The notes: generated from the sequence alone by a model not told the origin. A stretch of 64,000 bases of DNA from Octopus vulgaris (GCA_951406725.2 OX597825.1:51770001-51834000); one strand, 5' to 3'. Shown: positions 28,051-41,794, counted from the stretch's first letter. Program-made: numbers and translations.

Positions 28051-29258
28051 ATAGATTAATATTGGATATTAATACACTTGCTTTTAAATTTCAACCTATG
28101 TTTTGTTTAGTGAAATAGATAATTCTGATGTCTGATGTTAACACGAATTTTTTCATGTCTATTTTTGATATTATTTATTATAATAAATATATTGTAAATA
28201 TCTTATAATTCTATGTATTATAGAAGGTCTGCCAGTGGTGGCCATTCCCTATTATTTTCTCATGAATACAATATCAAAAATTATTTTCGGAAGATATAGA
28301 GTTTCAGCGTGATCTAGTCGTTATTTCTAACGGTTTGATCAAGCACATAGAGGACCATTTCATAACGTTTTGTAATGAAGAGAACTATATGGACATGTAC
28401 ACATCCAATTTGAGTCATTCGTTGACAAATGCTTAAATAAGACAGATCCTATTACAAAAACCTGCAGTAATCTGTATTTTATAGGTAATTCTAATTAAAA
28501 TAAATAATAACTTTAATTAGAGTGCAACCTTTTATGTAAGAGCTAGTCACTGTAGAGAAATTAGTAACAGTGTTAGTCCAACTATGTTTTAGTATGGAAT
28601 AAAATCAATTGAGATCCATGTAATGGCCTGAGGGTTTGCTTTTAAACAGCTCTCCTGCTATATATTTGGATATTTACCATTGTCTACATTACAAATTGCA
28701 TTCCTTGATCATAAATCACACAATGTCCAATAGCAATGTGTCTAAAAATATGCTTAATATAGTTTACTATTGCAAGAAAAATGCTTTGCAGAATTTCTAT
28801 AATATATTACGTTTTTCTTCACAGTCTTTCCAAAATGCAACATCTTCATATAGTCTCCCGAAAGTGGTGCATTTTAACTGCAATATATCTGGAACAATGG
28901 CAGAATAGACGAGCAGAGTAGCAGAACAGTGAAGCAGAAGTACAGATTGGCCGCAAGATATGTCTTATAGAATCCAAGACAAAATGCAAAATACAAGCTA
29001 GGAGAATAAAAATATGTGTCTGGGTAACGGAGATTGAAAAAAATGTGTTAAAGTATTTTTTTCCTCTATTGGCAAAATCGCGAAAACACTTTCGTATACG
29101 TGCACATAAGATATTTCTTTCTATCTTTCTCTCCTACTGTATCTCTCTCCTACGCTCTCTCTCATGCCCACAGATACTGATACAGACAGAGCATCCAAAC
29201 ACATCCATCAACCTGTTATATATGCATACATACATACATACATACATACATACATAGA

Positions 29259-29359
<101 letters not shown>

Positions 29360-29554
29360 CTTATAGATACAAGAGATTAGGCAGTCATATGCACGGCATT
29401 TGTAAAGAAATAGTATATTTGTATTGAACGAACATGGTTATATACACACATACATTTATACATAAATTCATACTTAAATACATGCAAAATATACATATAT
29501 ATATATACACCTATTTATGAATAAACTTTGCTAGGAATCTAGAAGTTTTATCCT

Positions 29555-30014
29555 TTACTTGGCAGCCGTTGGACTACGGCCATACACTGCCTTGAAAGTT
29601 TTTAATTGTAGAAATCGAACCCCAATACTTTAATTTTTAAAGCATGGTATTTACTCTATTGGCCTTTTTCACCAAACCGCTAAGTGACGTGGACGTAAAC
29701 AAACATAAGTATATCGCTTTTTTTTTTTGTTTTCACTCTAGGCACAAGGCCCGAAATTTTGAGAACGGGGCCAGTCGATTCGATCGAGCCTAGTATGCGA
29801 CTGGTACTTAATTTATCGATCCCGAAAGGAGGAAAACCAAAGTCGACCTCGGCTGAATTATATGTATACGACGAGCTTCTTGCAGTTTCCGTCAACCAAA
29901 TCCATTCACAAAGTTCAGGTCAGCCCGGAGCTGTAGCAGGAGACACTTATCCAAAGTGCCACTCAGTGAGATAAACACTTCTTGTTTATTTCTGAACCCC
30001 TTATCTCATATACA

Positions 30015-30078
<64 letters not shown>

Positions 30079-30290
30079 CGTGTGTGCAGAGAAGCACTCC
30101 GTCGGTTACGAGGACGAGGCTCCCAGCTGAAACGATCAACGGAACAGCCTACTCGTGAAATTAACGTGCAGGTGGTTGAGCATTTCACATATCCGTGTAC
30201 CCTTAACGCAGTTCTCAAGGATATTTAACGTGACACACAGGTACTGCTCATTTTTGCCAGCTGAGTGGACTGGAGCAACGTGATAAAAAC
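29555..30290 (-). mobile_element. Cluster of SINE pieces (family 1 tail, family 2 fragment, family 1 head, further SINE-like segment after (GT)n)
   Basis: Matches to the family 1 and 2 motifs seen elsewhere in the window. Confidence 0.65.
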
Positions 30291-31924
30291 AAATTAGATA
30301 TGACTCGTGATTTAATTTAATTAGTATGAATTCTTTATGATTTTTTACATTTTCTTTAGTAAGCAGTAGGATATGAAGAATCCAGCGACGGCATATCTCA
30401 TGTTTTGCGGGGAATAATTAGTTAAAGAGAATTACTGAGATGAAGAAGAATATTTTGACGTTTCTGGTGGTACCGACTAAATAGTTCGTTACGATCAGAA
30501 AACACCTGTCTTTGTGACATATACAGGATGAAATTTTAAAAATTCCCGCTTCATAACTGTAAATCATATCATTACTTTGGTTTACGGTGACTTTTTAGAA
30601 AGCATTTCTATCGTAAGAAGTAATTAATATGATTTTGTGAAAATTGTTTCTTGCAACAGGTGACATTTTTCAGTCATAACAATTTCATATTTCTGCATGA
30701 AAACAATCTTATAAGCCAAGCTTCAACATGTTAATCCCGGAAACAATTAAACTAATAACTAACAAAGCTTTCCAGCGTGTGAGAATGTGCTAGAAGCAAA
30801 TCCAACTGATCCATCTTCAATTAGGCAACAGTTGCAATTATATAAAGAGCATATCGTTAGAATAGTGCAGTTTCTTTCATTCACTTGTTGCCAAACTACA
30901 GTATCACAAGCGTCAAAGTATTATTCTCCGTTACAGAAAGACATTGAAAAATAGTTACTTTTTAAAGTCTCAACAAAATATGTATTCTAAATTCTTCAAT
31001 AATTGTTTAATATTTAGGTTTTATTGTCTTAGAACGGAATTGTGTTATATGTTTATATGAAAATAAAATAATTGTCATACAAATATTTCTTTTCCTTCAT
31101 GAATATTTTAACAATCATTACCAATATTATCTCCGTTAATTCTAATTTTATTTTCACTATTTCGATTCTCTCTACATTGTATTTCACGTATTCAAATTAG
31201 TCTTTTTTTAATTTTATATTATGTACTTTACTTCTGCTACTAGATACTTATTGTCTAACACAATTAAGATCCAAATTATATTCTCTTTCTCTTTGCGGTT
31301 CATATATTATTATCCTCTTCATTCAGTTGCCGAATTTAAACTTTTTCTATCCTGTTGCCTATTACTTGCGTATGTTTCCATTCAAAAGTACTTATGATAA
31401 ATATTTTATTTTAAAATCTCCATAGTTCACCGTCTGAGTTTCTATTGAAGGTGACTTTCTAAGCTATATATATAAAACATGCTGCATAATAGTCTAAATG
31501 TGTATATATTACAGTAAATTCTCATACAAATCAAAATATTTTATATCTTATTTTATTCTATTTCACAGGTGGTGGCCACTTAGACTATTTACATCTTGTT
31601 ATTTCATACTGACTTCATTAAAGCAAATTGATGGACATTCAAACGGCTTCCTATTTCAAAGTTTAACTTTGAATAACAATGCTAATTCTCTTCATATCAT
31701 CGTAAAATCTACAACCAAATGGTTGTAGATTTTGTTATCAATTATATCAATTATGAATTACATGAAAAAGAAATTTTATGGATAATGTACATTGTCTACA
31801 TTTCACTTTAACTTCTCTCTGTGTGTCTATTTATCTGTCTATTTGTCGACCTATTTATAGGCACGTATATGTTAATGCTTGTTTCTCTGTGCAGTTATAC
31901 ATTAAAGAAATTTAACTTTGAATT

Positions 31925-32460
31925 AAAAGATTACTATTTTACTCATTTGACTGTGGCCATGCTGGAGCACCGCCTTTAGTCGAACAAATCGACCCCAAGA
32001 CCTCTTCTTTGTTAGCCTAGTGCTTATTCTATCGGTCTGTTTTGCCTAACCGATAAGTTACGGGAGTCAATACAAAATAATAGTCATTAACTTTTAGTTT
32101 GATAACAAACAGTATGTAAGTTTGCATGCATATGTATGTAATGGAAGTTAATGATTCACTTCTCTCCAAAGCTACTTTATTGGATCTACGAGGGTGCATT
32201 GACTGCCCATTTGTATATCCAGATGCATATATATATATATTTATATATATATTTTTTCTCTTTTTCTCTTTTACTTGTTTCAGTCATTTGACTGCGGCCA
32301 TGCTCAAGCACCGCCTTTAGTCGAGCAAATCGACCCCGGGACTTATTCTTTGTAAGCCCAGTACTAATTCTATCGGTCTCTTTTGCCGAACCGGTTGTCA
32401 AGCAATGTTAGGGGGACAAATATAGACACACAAACACACCCACACATACATATATATAAT
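31925..32460 (-). mobile_element. Two SINE family 1 tail copies (31925-32075, 32265-32460)
   Basis: catttgactgyggccatgct..agcaccgcctttagtcga motif occurs twice. Confidence 0.85.
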
Positions 32461-32547
32461 TAATAATATCAGAGTAATAAAGATTTCAGAAATATTTACT
32501 ACCTGTTGCCTAGCGTGTAGAAAGATTAGTCAATAGACTATATATTA

Positions 32548-32949
32548 TTCATATAAATACAGTGTACATTTAAAGACATAAGAGGTATCCGTCATTAGGA
32601 TTCCTTTCACGCTAGAAGGAACACCTAAAGTCCAAACCACTATTAGAGATAAAAACTCGAAGGGAATGAAAAAGAAAAAACATTTAACAACTATCTCCTG
32701 GCGCATGGTTTCAGACTTTTTTTTATCAAATAAATCTATTATTTTATTTGCGAAAAAATTTATTATTTTATATGCTAAGAATAGTCTGAAACCATGCGCC
32801 AGGAGATAGATGGTAAATGTTTTTATTTTTCATTCCCTTCGAGTTTTTATCCTTACTAGTGGCTTGGATTTTAGCTGTCCCTTCTAGCGTGAAAGGAATC
32901 CTAATGACGGATACCTCTTATGTGCTTAAATGTACACTGTAATTATATG

Positions 32950-32952
<3 letters not shown>
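32548..32952. mobile_element. Palindromic (foldback) MITE, arms about 180 bp
   Basis: 32548-32730 is the reverse complement of 32780-32952; TA-CAGTG..CACTG-TA at 32558-32941. Confidence 0.85.
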
Positions 32953-33001
<49 letters not shown>

Positions 33002-33041
33002 GTACATATATATATATATATATATACACATATATATATAT

Positions 33042-33092
<51 letters not shown>

Positions 33093-33964
33093 TACACACA
33101 CACACATATATATATATTCAGATTCTATTCACTCTAACACAGCCAGCATCACCTAAGGCTGGAATCCTATACTATACACCCATTATGAAAATTAGTCTCA
33201 CGTCATATATACACGACTGTTACGCAACTACTGCCTCGGTCTCGTTTGTCAATATAATATTATCCCGACACAAATGAAGAAACTAAAAGAACCTCATCAC
33301 CACCACCATGACCTTCAGACTACCTGGCTTAATTTCTCTTAGAAACACCCTGTTACTCCCTATTTAAGTTGACTTTAATATCACAATGCACAAAAGATTA
33401 CAGCAAGTGGTGTTATTGGGTTAGAACTTAATGGCATGGACAACAACTGGACGAGACATATCTAATTTCACCATATAAACCTCATTAAAGACTAAAGCGT
33501 GTGTGTGTGTGCGCGAACGTGTGTATGTTGGTCGATGCGGATGGTGTGTGAGTATGTTGGTCGATACGGATGATATTTCTCAATTACAGGGAATACTTCA
33601 TATTTTAGTATTCAAAATGCTTTTAGCCAACAATAGTAACCAATAGCTCCTTCAGTGGATTAAAACATATTATTTTCCAGATATCTGGTACAATAAAAAT
33701 GGCTAATGCACATCTTTTGGTTAGGTGATAATGTTAATAATAAATTAATAAATCAACTAAAGTGGAAAGAAACTGATCAGCATATGAATTAAAGGGTACT
33801 TCTCACAAAAGCATATTAAAAATACGCAGTAACTTTCATATATAGTGAGACATATCCACTCATTTGATTATTCACAGGAATACATGTCACATGATAACGA
33901 TACGTATACAAATAGTCCGAAGGAGTATATATACATTGTGTGTGTGTATGTGTGTGTGTGTGTT

Positions 33965-34345
33965 ATATCTTTTACTGGCTGAGGCAAGGCCTTGAAGAAA
34001 TTTTAGTCGAATAAATCGACTCCAGTACTATTTTTCAAACCTAGTACTTATTCTATAGGTCTCTTTGCCGAACTGGAAAGTTACGGGGAGGTATACACAC
34101 CAAGACCGGTTGTCAAGTGGTGGTGGAGGGACAAACGCAGACACAAAGACACACACATAGCCATACGACGAGTTTTCTTTTCATATTTACGACGGGCTTC
34201 TTTTAGTTTCCATCAACCAAATCGTCAGACAAGTTTTGGTCAGCCCGAGGTTATATAAGAAAACACCTGCCGACGGTGCCAGGCAGTGAGACTGAACGCA
34301 GAACCACGTGGTTGGGAAGCAAGCTTCTTACCACGCAGTCGTGCC
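33965..34345 (-). mobile_element. SINE family 1, near-complete
   Basis: Tail 33965-34150 and head 34190-34345. Confidence 0.8.
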
Positions 34346-34390
34346 TGGTATGTGTGTATATATATATATATATGTATATGTATATATATG

Positions 34391-34457
<67 letters not shown>

Positions 34458-35059
34458 TATATATATATATATATATATATCAAAGTGTTATTTATAAGGG
34501 GTTATAAATAATACAAACACACCAGAATAATATTTTTTTTCATTAGTAAAGAACTCCGCATATTTTTGTGGAAAGGTTCACGATTGTAGGAAATCAGCAT
34601 TCTATATCGTAAATCCCTGGTTGTATTCCCTATTAGATTGATCTTTTGCAGAGAGGGATATACAAGATAAGGTAAAATTAATGGTTATTACACATCTTTT
34701 TATTGTAGTGAATGCGACTTCCAGCTTTTTAGAACAATCAGTTCGCTCATTGATCGGTTTACACAATCGGTCCATTGATCGGTTGAGAAAAATTGGACGA
34801 CCTTTAAGAACTAATGTTATCCTCATCAGAGTCATGGTATTCTGAATATGATAACTTAGTTATCTCACCCACCTGAATGAATATATTTTACATCAGTGAG
34901 TATGCAATAGATTTCATTATCTCACGAATATACTACAAGTGTGATGATGTGTGGAAACAATTGTAGTGATTTGAAATAACGTAGTTCAATTCATTACCTC
35001 TTATTACTTTCCTTGTATAAACTCTACGGTTACTATGGAATTCCATGTGTGCTGACGCC

Positions 35060-35345
35060 CTTGTAAATTAGCGGTTCGGCAAAAGAGACCGATTAAATGA
35101 GTGTTAGGCTAACAAAGAATAACTGCTGGGGTCAATTTTTTCGACTATGCTCCAACATGGCCGCAGTCAAATGACTGAAACAAGTATAAGAATAAAAGAT
35201 AAAAATTAATATATGTAAATATATACAACACACACACAAATAATTTTTATCTTTTACATGTTATTCTCAAAGGAGTGCGGTCATGCTAGGGATCAACTTT
35301 GAAGGCTTTAGTCGAACAAATTGACTACAGTACATTTTATTTTTG
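35060..35345. mobile_element. Two convergent SINE family 1 tails (35060-35190 plus, 35270-35345 minus)
   Basis: gcggttcggcaaaagagaccg..atggccgcagtcaaatgactgaaacaagta and its reverse complement. Confidence 0.7.
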
Positions 35346-35369
35346 TCAACATATATATATATATATGTT

Positions 35370-35414
<45 letters not shown>

Positions 35415-35994
35415 AGGATACGGATAAGAAAATAATTAATTTTCAATCGCAGAATAATTCTGATAGAACAGCAGGAACAGAATAAAATAATCATATTTTT
35501 CAGACAAATTTGACAGCAGTCAGCAATGAGACTCGAACTCACAACCCTATGATTACCGGTCAGGTGCTTTATCATTAAGATAAACAGCACACTGACAAAT
35601 TAACCCACAATTTTTGAACTTATAAATCTACCTTTATAAGATGCTGCATGTTAAATTCAAATTAAGATAATGAAAACAAAGTTTGCTTATAAAAGCGCTG
35701 AGATGTATTGTAAGATACACATAAGGAAATAATTTATTCCCGAACGCAGAATAATGCTGAACAGCAAGAAAAGAATAAAATGTCCATATTTTGCGGAAAA
35801 ATTTGTCAGCAGCCAACCATGAAACTCGAACTCACATCCCTGCTGACAAATGTTTCCGCAAGTTATTCATGTTTCACTCTGCTGTTCTAACAGCACTATT
35901 CTGCGTTTGAGAATAATTCATTTCCTTATCTGTATCTTTCAATACATCTCAGTGCTTCTAAAAGAAAACTTTGTTTACATTTATCTTAATTTGA

Positions 35995-35998
<4 letters not shown>
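35415..35998. mobile_element. Second tRNA-centred palindromic family: half copy 35415-35582 and full palindrome 35652-35998
   Basis: Arms 35652-35810 and 35838-35998 are inverted. The centre holds the reverse B-box remnant aactcgaactc, and the half copy has a longer reverse tRNA-like head (gagactcgaactc near 35530). Confidence 0.75.
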
Positions 35999-36029
<31 letters not shown>

Positions 36030-36049
<20 letters not shown>

Positions 36050-36560
36050 TGTGAATGTGTGTCTGTCTGTCTGTGTGCTTCCCTAAAACTTTAGAACTAC
36101 ACAACCAATTTCTTTCAAATTTTACACATGCCTTACTTAGGGTTCATGTAGTTTCATGAGCAAAAAAATGTTCAACTTCTTGCCTAGGGTGAGCTCATAG
36201 CAATATCATATCTTCTCCACTATTTCAGTATTACATGTTAAAAGTGAAACAAAAACATTTCTCTATTTTATGTCAGATACTTTCAATTTAACAATAAACA
36301 TTAGAGATAATAATAACAATTGAATTATATGTAGTAAGTAATAATTAAAATCAAACTAAAGTATAATATAATCGTAAGATAACAAAAGTAAAAATAGCAA
36401 TTGGTATAAAATTGCATCAATGACTTGAACTTGAATAAGTGGTTTCACATGAATTAAAAATAAAATTAGTGTGCAGAAATGGAATATTCCAGATGGAGCT
36501 GTGCACATACCGTTTACCACGGCTTTTACATTAGATTATCTGTTAATTAGCTAGCATTAA
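36030..36560 (+). mobile_element. Helitron-like 5' region
   Basis: TATATAAAACTGTGAATGTGTGTCTGTCTG start followed by ccaatttctttcaaattttacac, typical of non-autonomous Helitron 5' ends. Confidence 0.5.
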
Positions 36561-36879
36561 GTATCTATATGAAGTTTGGATGTATGCAATGTCTGTTTTC
36601 TCGAGCAGCCGCTTGTACTGAGTACTGCTGTTGGTTTATTTCTTATACATAAAGGACTATAGCTTCAACTACGCACTGCTTTTTGATTCACCGTAAGGTT
36701 TGTTGTTATTATTATTACTGTTATTATTACTGTTTAACTATTATCACGCTTCTCGGTTCCTCGTAAGGGAAATGTTGTTGTACTGCATTTGTTAAATAAT
36801 TGTAAACTGTTACCCCGCGCCTTTGGTCATTGTTTAAAAATTAAATTGTGTCCCTGTTTGGGGAAATCGACAATATTTT

Positions 36880-37480
36880 CACCGTTTATACGGAAGCACT
36901 TTTGTTAAAATATCTTCGATAGAAGAAAGTCCAAAAATGAATTTCACTGCAGCCATCAGCGGGCACGAACTCATTAAAATTAAAACGGAAGAAATACAAA
37001 CCTATTTCGGATTGAACACCGACAAAGACGGTGAATCTAGGATAACACCACCAAACGGAATAAAAAATTACAGAAAAGACTATTGTCTATAAAGTATACA
37101 ATGTAGAGAAAAAAAAGTGATTTGAACACCTGGAGGAAAGCACCATCGAAAAGAGTATTGGTGCGACTATGAAAGATATCTAACCAAAGGCGGTAAATTC
37201 GCCGCAATAGAAGCAAGGTTCGAGTCAACGGAGCGTGCAAGGGAGTACTCGACTCGAACCTTGCAAAGTGGAAATATTTTATTGTTACCTTTATATCTGG
37301 GACACAGGACGTCCCGGATAAAAATTTAAAACGTCCCCCCAGAAGTAGAGGTAGGCTGGATTGTAGCCATACTTCTATACAAGAGGGAGGACAAGATACA
37401 ATTGATCGAAATTGCAAGAGACGGGCCTACAATTCCAGTCTGTGATATATTTTGAGTATTGTTATCACTAGCGATATCAA
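36880..37480 (+). mobile_element. Possible decayed L1/Tx1-type ORF1 fragment
   Basis: KFAAIEARFES..RTSRIKI*NVPPEVEVGWIVAILL resembles the VxIxNVPP motif of Tx1 ORF1; stops and frameshifts present. Confidence 0.35.
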
Positions 37481-37573
37481 GATATAACTTTGTATTCTGT
37501 ATTTTATGTGTATATGTATATATATAGATGTACATGTAATATGTACACATATATATACACATATATACATGCA

Positions 37574-37612
37574 CTAGCACTATGACCCGGCAACGACGGG
37601 TCATAATGCTAC
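37574..37612. repeat. Palindrome made of two Helitron-like 3' termini
   Basis: ctagcactatgacccg-gcaacga-cgggtcataatgctac. Confidence 0.6.
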
Positions 37613-37708
<96 letters not shown>

Positions 37709-37747
37709 TGTAGAAGGTTGAAAAGAAACACACGAGTTGATATATAT

Positions 37748-37935
37748 GTAAAAAAAGTCAAGATAGAAAATGCTAAAATAATTTTATAAAAAACATTTCA
37801 GTACTGGTTTCACTCATTGAGACTTTTCTCAATCACCATTGAGAATAAGTTGAAAAATTCTCAATGACTGAAACCGGTACTGAAATTTTTTTTACGAAAT
37901 TATTCTAGCATTTTTCTATCTTGACTTTTTTCCAC
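37748..37935. mobile_element. Palindromic pair of PLE terminal repeats with U3-A8 hammerhead motifs
   Basis: Arms 37748-37832 and 37845-37935 are inverted, both homologous to 50085-50170, and embedded in (TA)n. Confidence 0.85.
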
Positions 37936-38012
<77 letters not shown>

Positions 38013-38029
38013 CTTACATATATATACAT

Positions 38030-40240
38030 ATGATGGATTCTCATGTCGGTTTCGACGAATGAGGATCTGTCACCCTACTCTTTCTTTATCATTCATAATG
38101 CTTATGTCGAATGTGACATTTGAGTCCTGCCAACGATATACAAAGAAGCTCACAAATGCTGCAAATATGAGGATTATGGGTCAGTTCAGGCGCTATATTT
38201 GCAGCCGCTTTTTCCTTTTGCCTTACACCCTTAAGCATGTTAATGAAGGTTGCACCAAAGTTTCTGATACTATTTAGACACAACGATTTCTGTTTTGCTT
38301 GCTCCAAGGGTGTTTTCTCAAAAGTGTTGCGTGCTATATTGACTACTGAGAGGTTACTCTTCAGCTTGTCTTTATATCTGACCCATGGTCGAGCAGCATT
38401 CCTGCGCCCACTATCAAGTTGACTGTATGTGAAGATTTGGAGTATTCTTTCGTCGTTCATTCTGATGACATAGCCAGTCCAGCGCAATTGCAACTGCATA
38501 AGGAAGATTTCGATTTTACCAATCTTACTCTTGCTAAACAGAACGGCATTAGAAACTCTGTATTTTAGTGAATAACTGCAGATTGCCCTCAGACAGCTCT
38601 TGTGGAAGATGTCTAGCTGGTTAGTGTGCCGTTCACGATTCTGAGCCACACAAGAGAGTAGTAACAACTGCAGCTTTACAGATCTGTACTTTCGTGTCAA
38701 TTTTAATGCCCCTTTCATGCTATAAGAGATGACAGAGTTTGGCAAATGCGTTGGTTGTTTTTTGAAGATGGTTGACGATTACATTATCAAAGGGAAACGT
38801 TCCAGTTCACTTTACTACCAAGATATGTAAATGACTTAACATACTTTAAGTTTTTCCCATCGACCTGTATAGGAGTGTCATGGAAATTGTAAACTGGCAG
38901 CCTCAGTTTGACGCATCGAATTTACTTAGGAATAGGGCAAGGTTAGTGGATCACTTCTGTCTTCTTTATGCTGATGGTCAATCCAAATGCTTTACATACA
39001 GCAAAAAGCCAATCTAGAAGTTCCTGAGCTTCCTCTAATGAGGTTGCTACTAGTGCAGCATCATCTGCCTAAAGCAGACCACGAAAGATACTGGTGTTCT
39101 GGCTTTGAAACGCTGATGATTGAATAGTGCACCACTTGTTCGAAACTGGAATTTGACACCTCTTTGTATGATACCAAATGCATATCTCAACATCACTGAA
39201 AAGAAGCGTGTAAACAAAACAGGAGCCATAACACAACCTTGCTTTGTACCATTTGTTACAAGGAAGTAAGTCGAAGACTCCCCGCCGGGCACGACAGTAT
39301 CCTTCATTCCCTCAAGAAAGGAGATGATAACATTCAGCCTCTTTTCAGTTTTTTCAGAGCTTGCCAAAGTGCTTGCCAGTTAACAATGTCGAAGGCTTTA
39401 GTAAGGTAACTGAACACCATGAACAACTCTTGATTTTTGTTACGTATCTTTTCGATGACCTGACGAAGGGAAAATATCATGTTGATAGTGCCACGGCCAG
39501 AGAGAAATCCGATAAGTGATTCTGGATAGATGTGTTTGATGATCCTGTCAAAAACGAGTCGAGAAATAATCTTACCAGCAACAGACAGATGTGATATCCC
39601 TCGATGATTATACAGATACTTCTGTCTCCTTTGTTCTTATAAAGATGTTGAATTCAGGCACCGTTAATGTCCTGTGATAGCCTACCATCCAAATATTTAT
39701 GAAGAGCTCATGTAATATTCATCCAAATATTTATGAAGAGCTCATGTAATTTCATGAAAAGTTTGTGTCCACCATGCTTTTAGATTTCAGGCTAGACAGC
39801 CAGTATTTTTACCAGATGCCTTGCCAGAAGAGATCTCTTTAATGAAGTTTATCACTTCTAGGAAGGTTGGCTCCGGAGACAATATTTCGGCGTACTATGG
39901 AACAGACATTATGACGTCAATATTGTTTACTGAGATGGAGTTCAATACGACTTGAAAGTGATCCTTCCATCGTTTCAGGATGTCAGATTTATCAGTAAAT
40001 AGTGTCTCTCTATTAGATGAAAAAATGGGAATGACACCGTGCTCTTGAGGATCATACAATTTCTTGAGACCATTACAGAAGGTTTTAGAATCCCTTCTGT
40101 CTGCAGCTTCTTGGAGTTCATTTACCTTGAAAGATCAAGAAGCCTCCTTCATCTATCAGAGCATGTTGGACCTGTCCTCTGCATTTCTTATAAGCATTCT
40201 CTTTTCTGGATGAGCTCTTATCATTGAACTATGTTTTATA
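38030..40240 (-). mobile_element. RTE-clade LINE, 5'-truncated and decayed
   Basis: NGTKQGCVMAPVLF; YLSKAFDIVN; QLRWTGYVIRMNDER..YKDKLKSNL; C-terminal CxxC..HxxxxH finger; 34-bp tandem duplication near 39690-39755. Confidence 0.92.
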
Positions 40241-40584
40241 AGAGCTGTGCATTTTATCTATCAAATGTTTGATATTTGTGTTCTTATCACTCAACCAATC
40301 TTAATGTTTACAAACAGGAAGTCAGAGAAACTCTAGGGATGCTGAGTGCTTTACATCACGTACACCCATCCAAGATAATTCAATGTCATCACTGATATTA
40401 ACAGTATTGAGTACATTTTCCATCTAGTTTTCAAAGGCAGAACACTGGTTTTCAAAGATAGAACACAAATGTGCTTAGGTACGGATGACTTTTGTAGTCT
40501 TGTCTGTTTCAGATGGAGAATAGCCTTACTACGAAGAGAATGGTCAGAGAGATCGCAGGTGTTTTGTGTGTGTGTGTTTATGTA

Positions 40585-40627
<43 letters not shown>

Positions 40628-40754
40628 ATATATATATACATATATATTACACAGACATATACTCTCGAAAATGCTAGATATATACATGTGTGTGTGTGCA
40701 TGCATGCTACTTGTGTGTAGTGTAGCGGAAATGTGATGAATAGAACACAAACCA

Positions 40755-40866
40755 AGAAGAAGAAGAAGAAGAAGAAGAAGAAGAAGAAGAAGAAGAAGAA
40801 GAAGAAGAAGAAGAAGAAGAAGAAGAAGAAGAAGAAGAAGAAGAAGAAGAAGAAGAAGAAGAAGAA
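40755..40866. repeat. (AAG)n microsatellite
   Basis: Direct reading; source of the poly-K and poly-F ORFs. Confidence 0.98.
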
Positions 40867-41754
40867 GGAGAAAATAAATTGGAAATTCTCTAAAGAGATC
40901 ATCAGAGCTATTTTAAGTATGCGAGTCCCAATAATATGAATGAAATCTGAGATAGAAATAGTGGTACAGTTTAATTGAAAACAGTGGGTGTGAAAAAACA
41001 AAACAGAAATGGACAAACATCAGATAAAAACAAAAAACACGTCAACAATGAAACGACTAATACAATGACTTGAAGAAAATTAACTAGAACCCAAAAAGAG
41101 CGACAAAATCAAATACAATATCTATATAATATATATCAATACATATATGTAATGTATTATATATATATATGTGTGTGTATTTATATATATAGATACGTGC
41201 ATGTGTAGGCGTATATTTATATGTGTGTTTCTGTATACATATGTATGTATGTAAGTGTATATATATATATATATATATATGCAACATGAAATAATAGAAA
41301 TATAAAATAATTCAAAGAAGAGATACAGCTAAGAATACAACCTAAAAAAATGTTCTGTAAACAACAATATCCTGTATTAATTCACAATAGTGATATAAAG
41401 ATAGCTATGAAATATTCATGACGCAAACAAAGTTCTATATATACATACAGACACACACACATATATTTGTATATACAGAGACACATACACACACACACAT
41501 ATATGTATATATGTATGCTTTTGTGTGAGAGTACATGTGTGTCTTCACATACATTCCCACGCTCATGCGCGCACATTTATGAGTGTGTGTGTCCGTGTGT
41601 GTGCATGTATGTGTATGAGTTGAAAATATATCCCCAAAATGAATATATTAACGTTTCAAGTGGATGTGACTCTGCATTTAATATTTGATTAAGTAGATAT
41701 ATTGATATTTGTCACGTGCGTAAGTATGTATGTATATATATATATAAATATATA

Positions 41755-41794
<40 letters not shown>

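Noticed and set aside
30440-30860. Possible mariner remnant (tacaggatg.. TIR-like start)
   Set aside because: No matching second TIR or clear transposase motif.
40514-40558. 45-nt micro-exon candidate after ttgtctgtttcAG
   Set aside because: Weak donor, too short to evaluate, and no partner exons.
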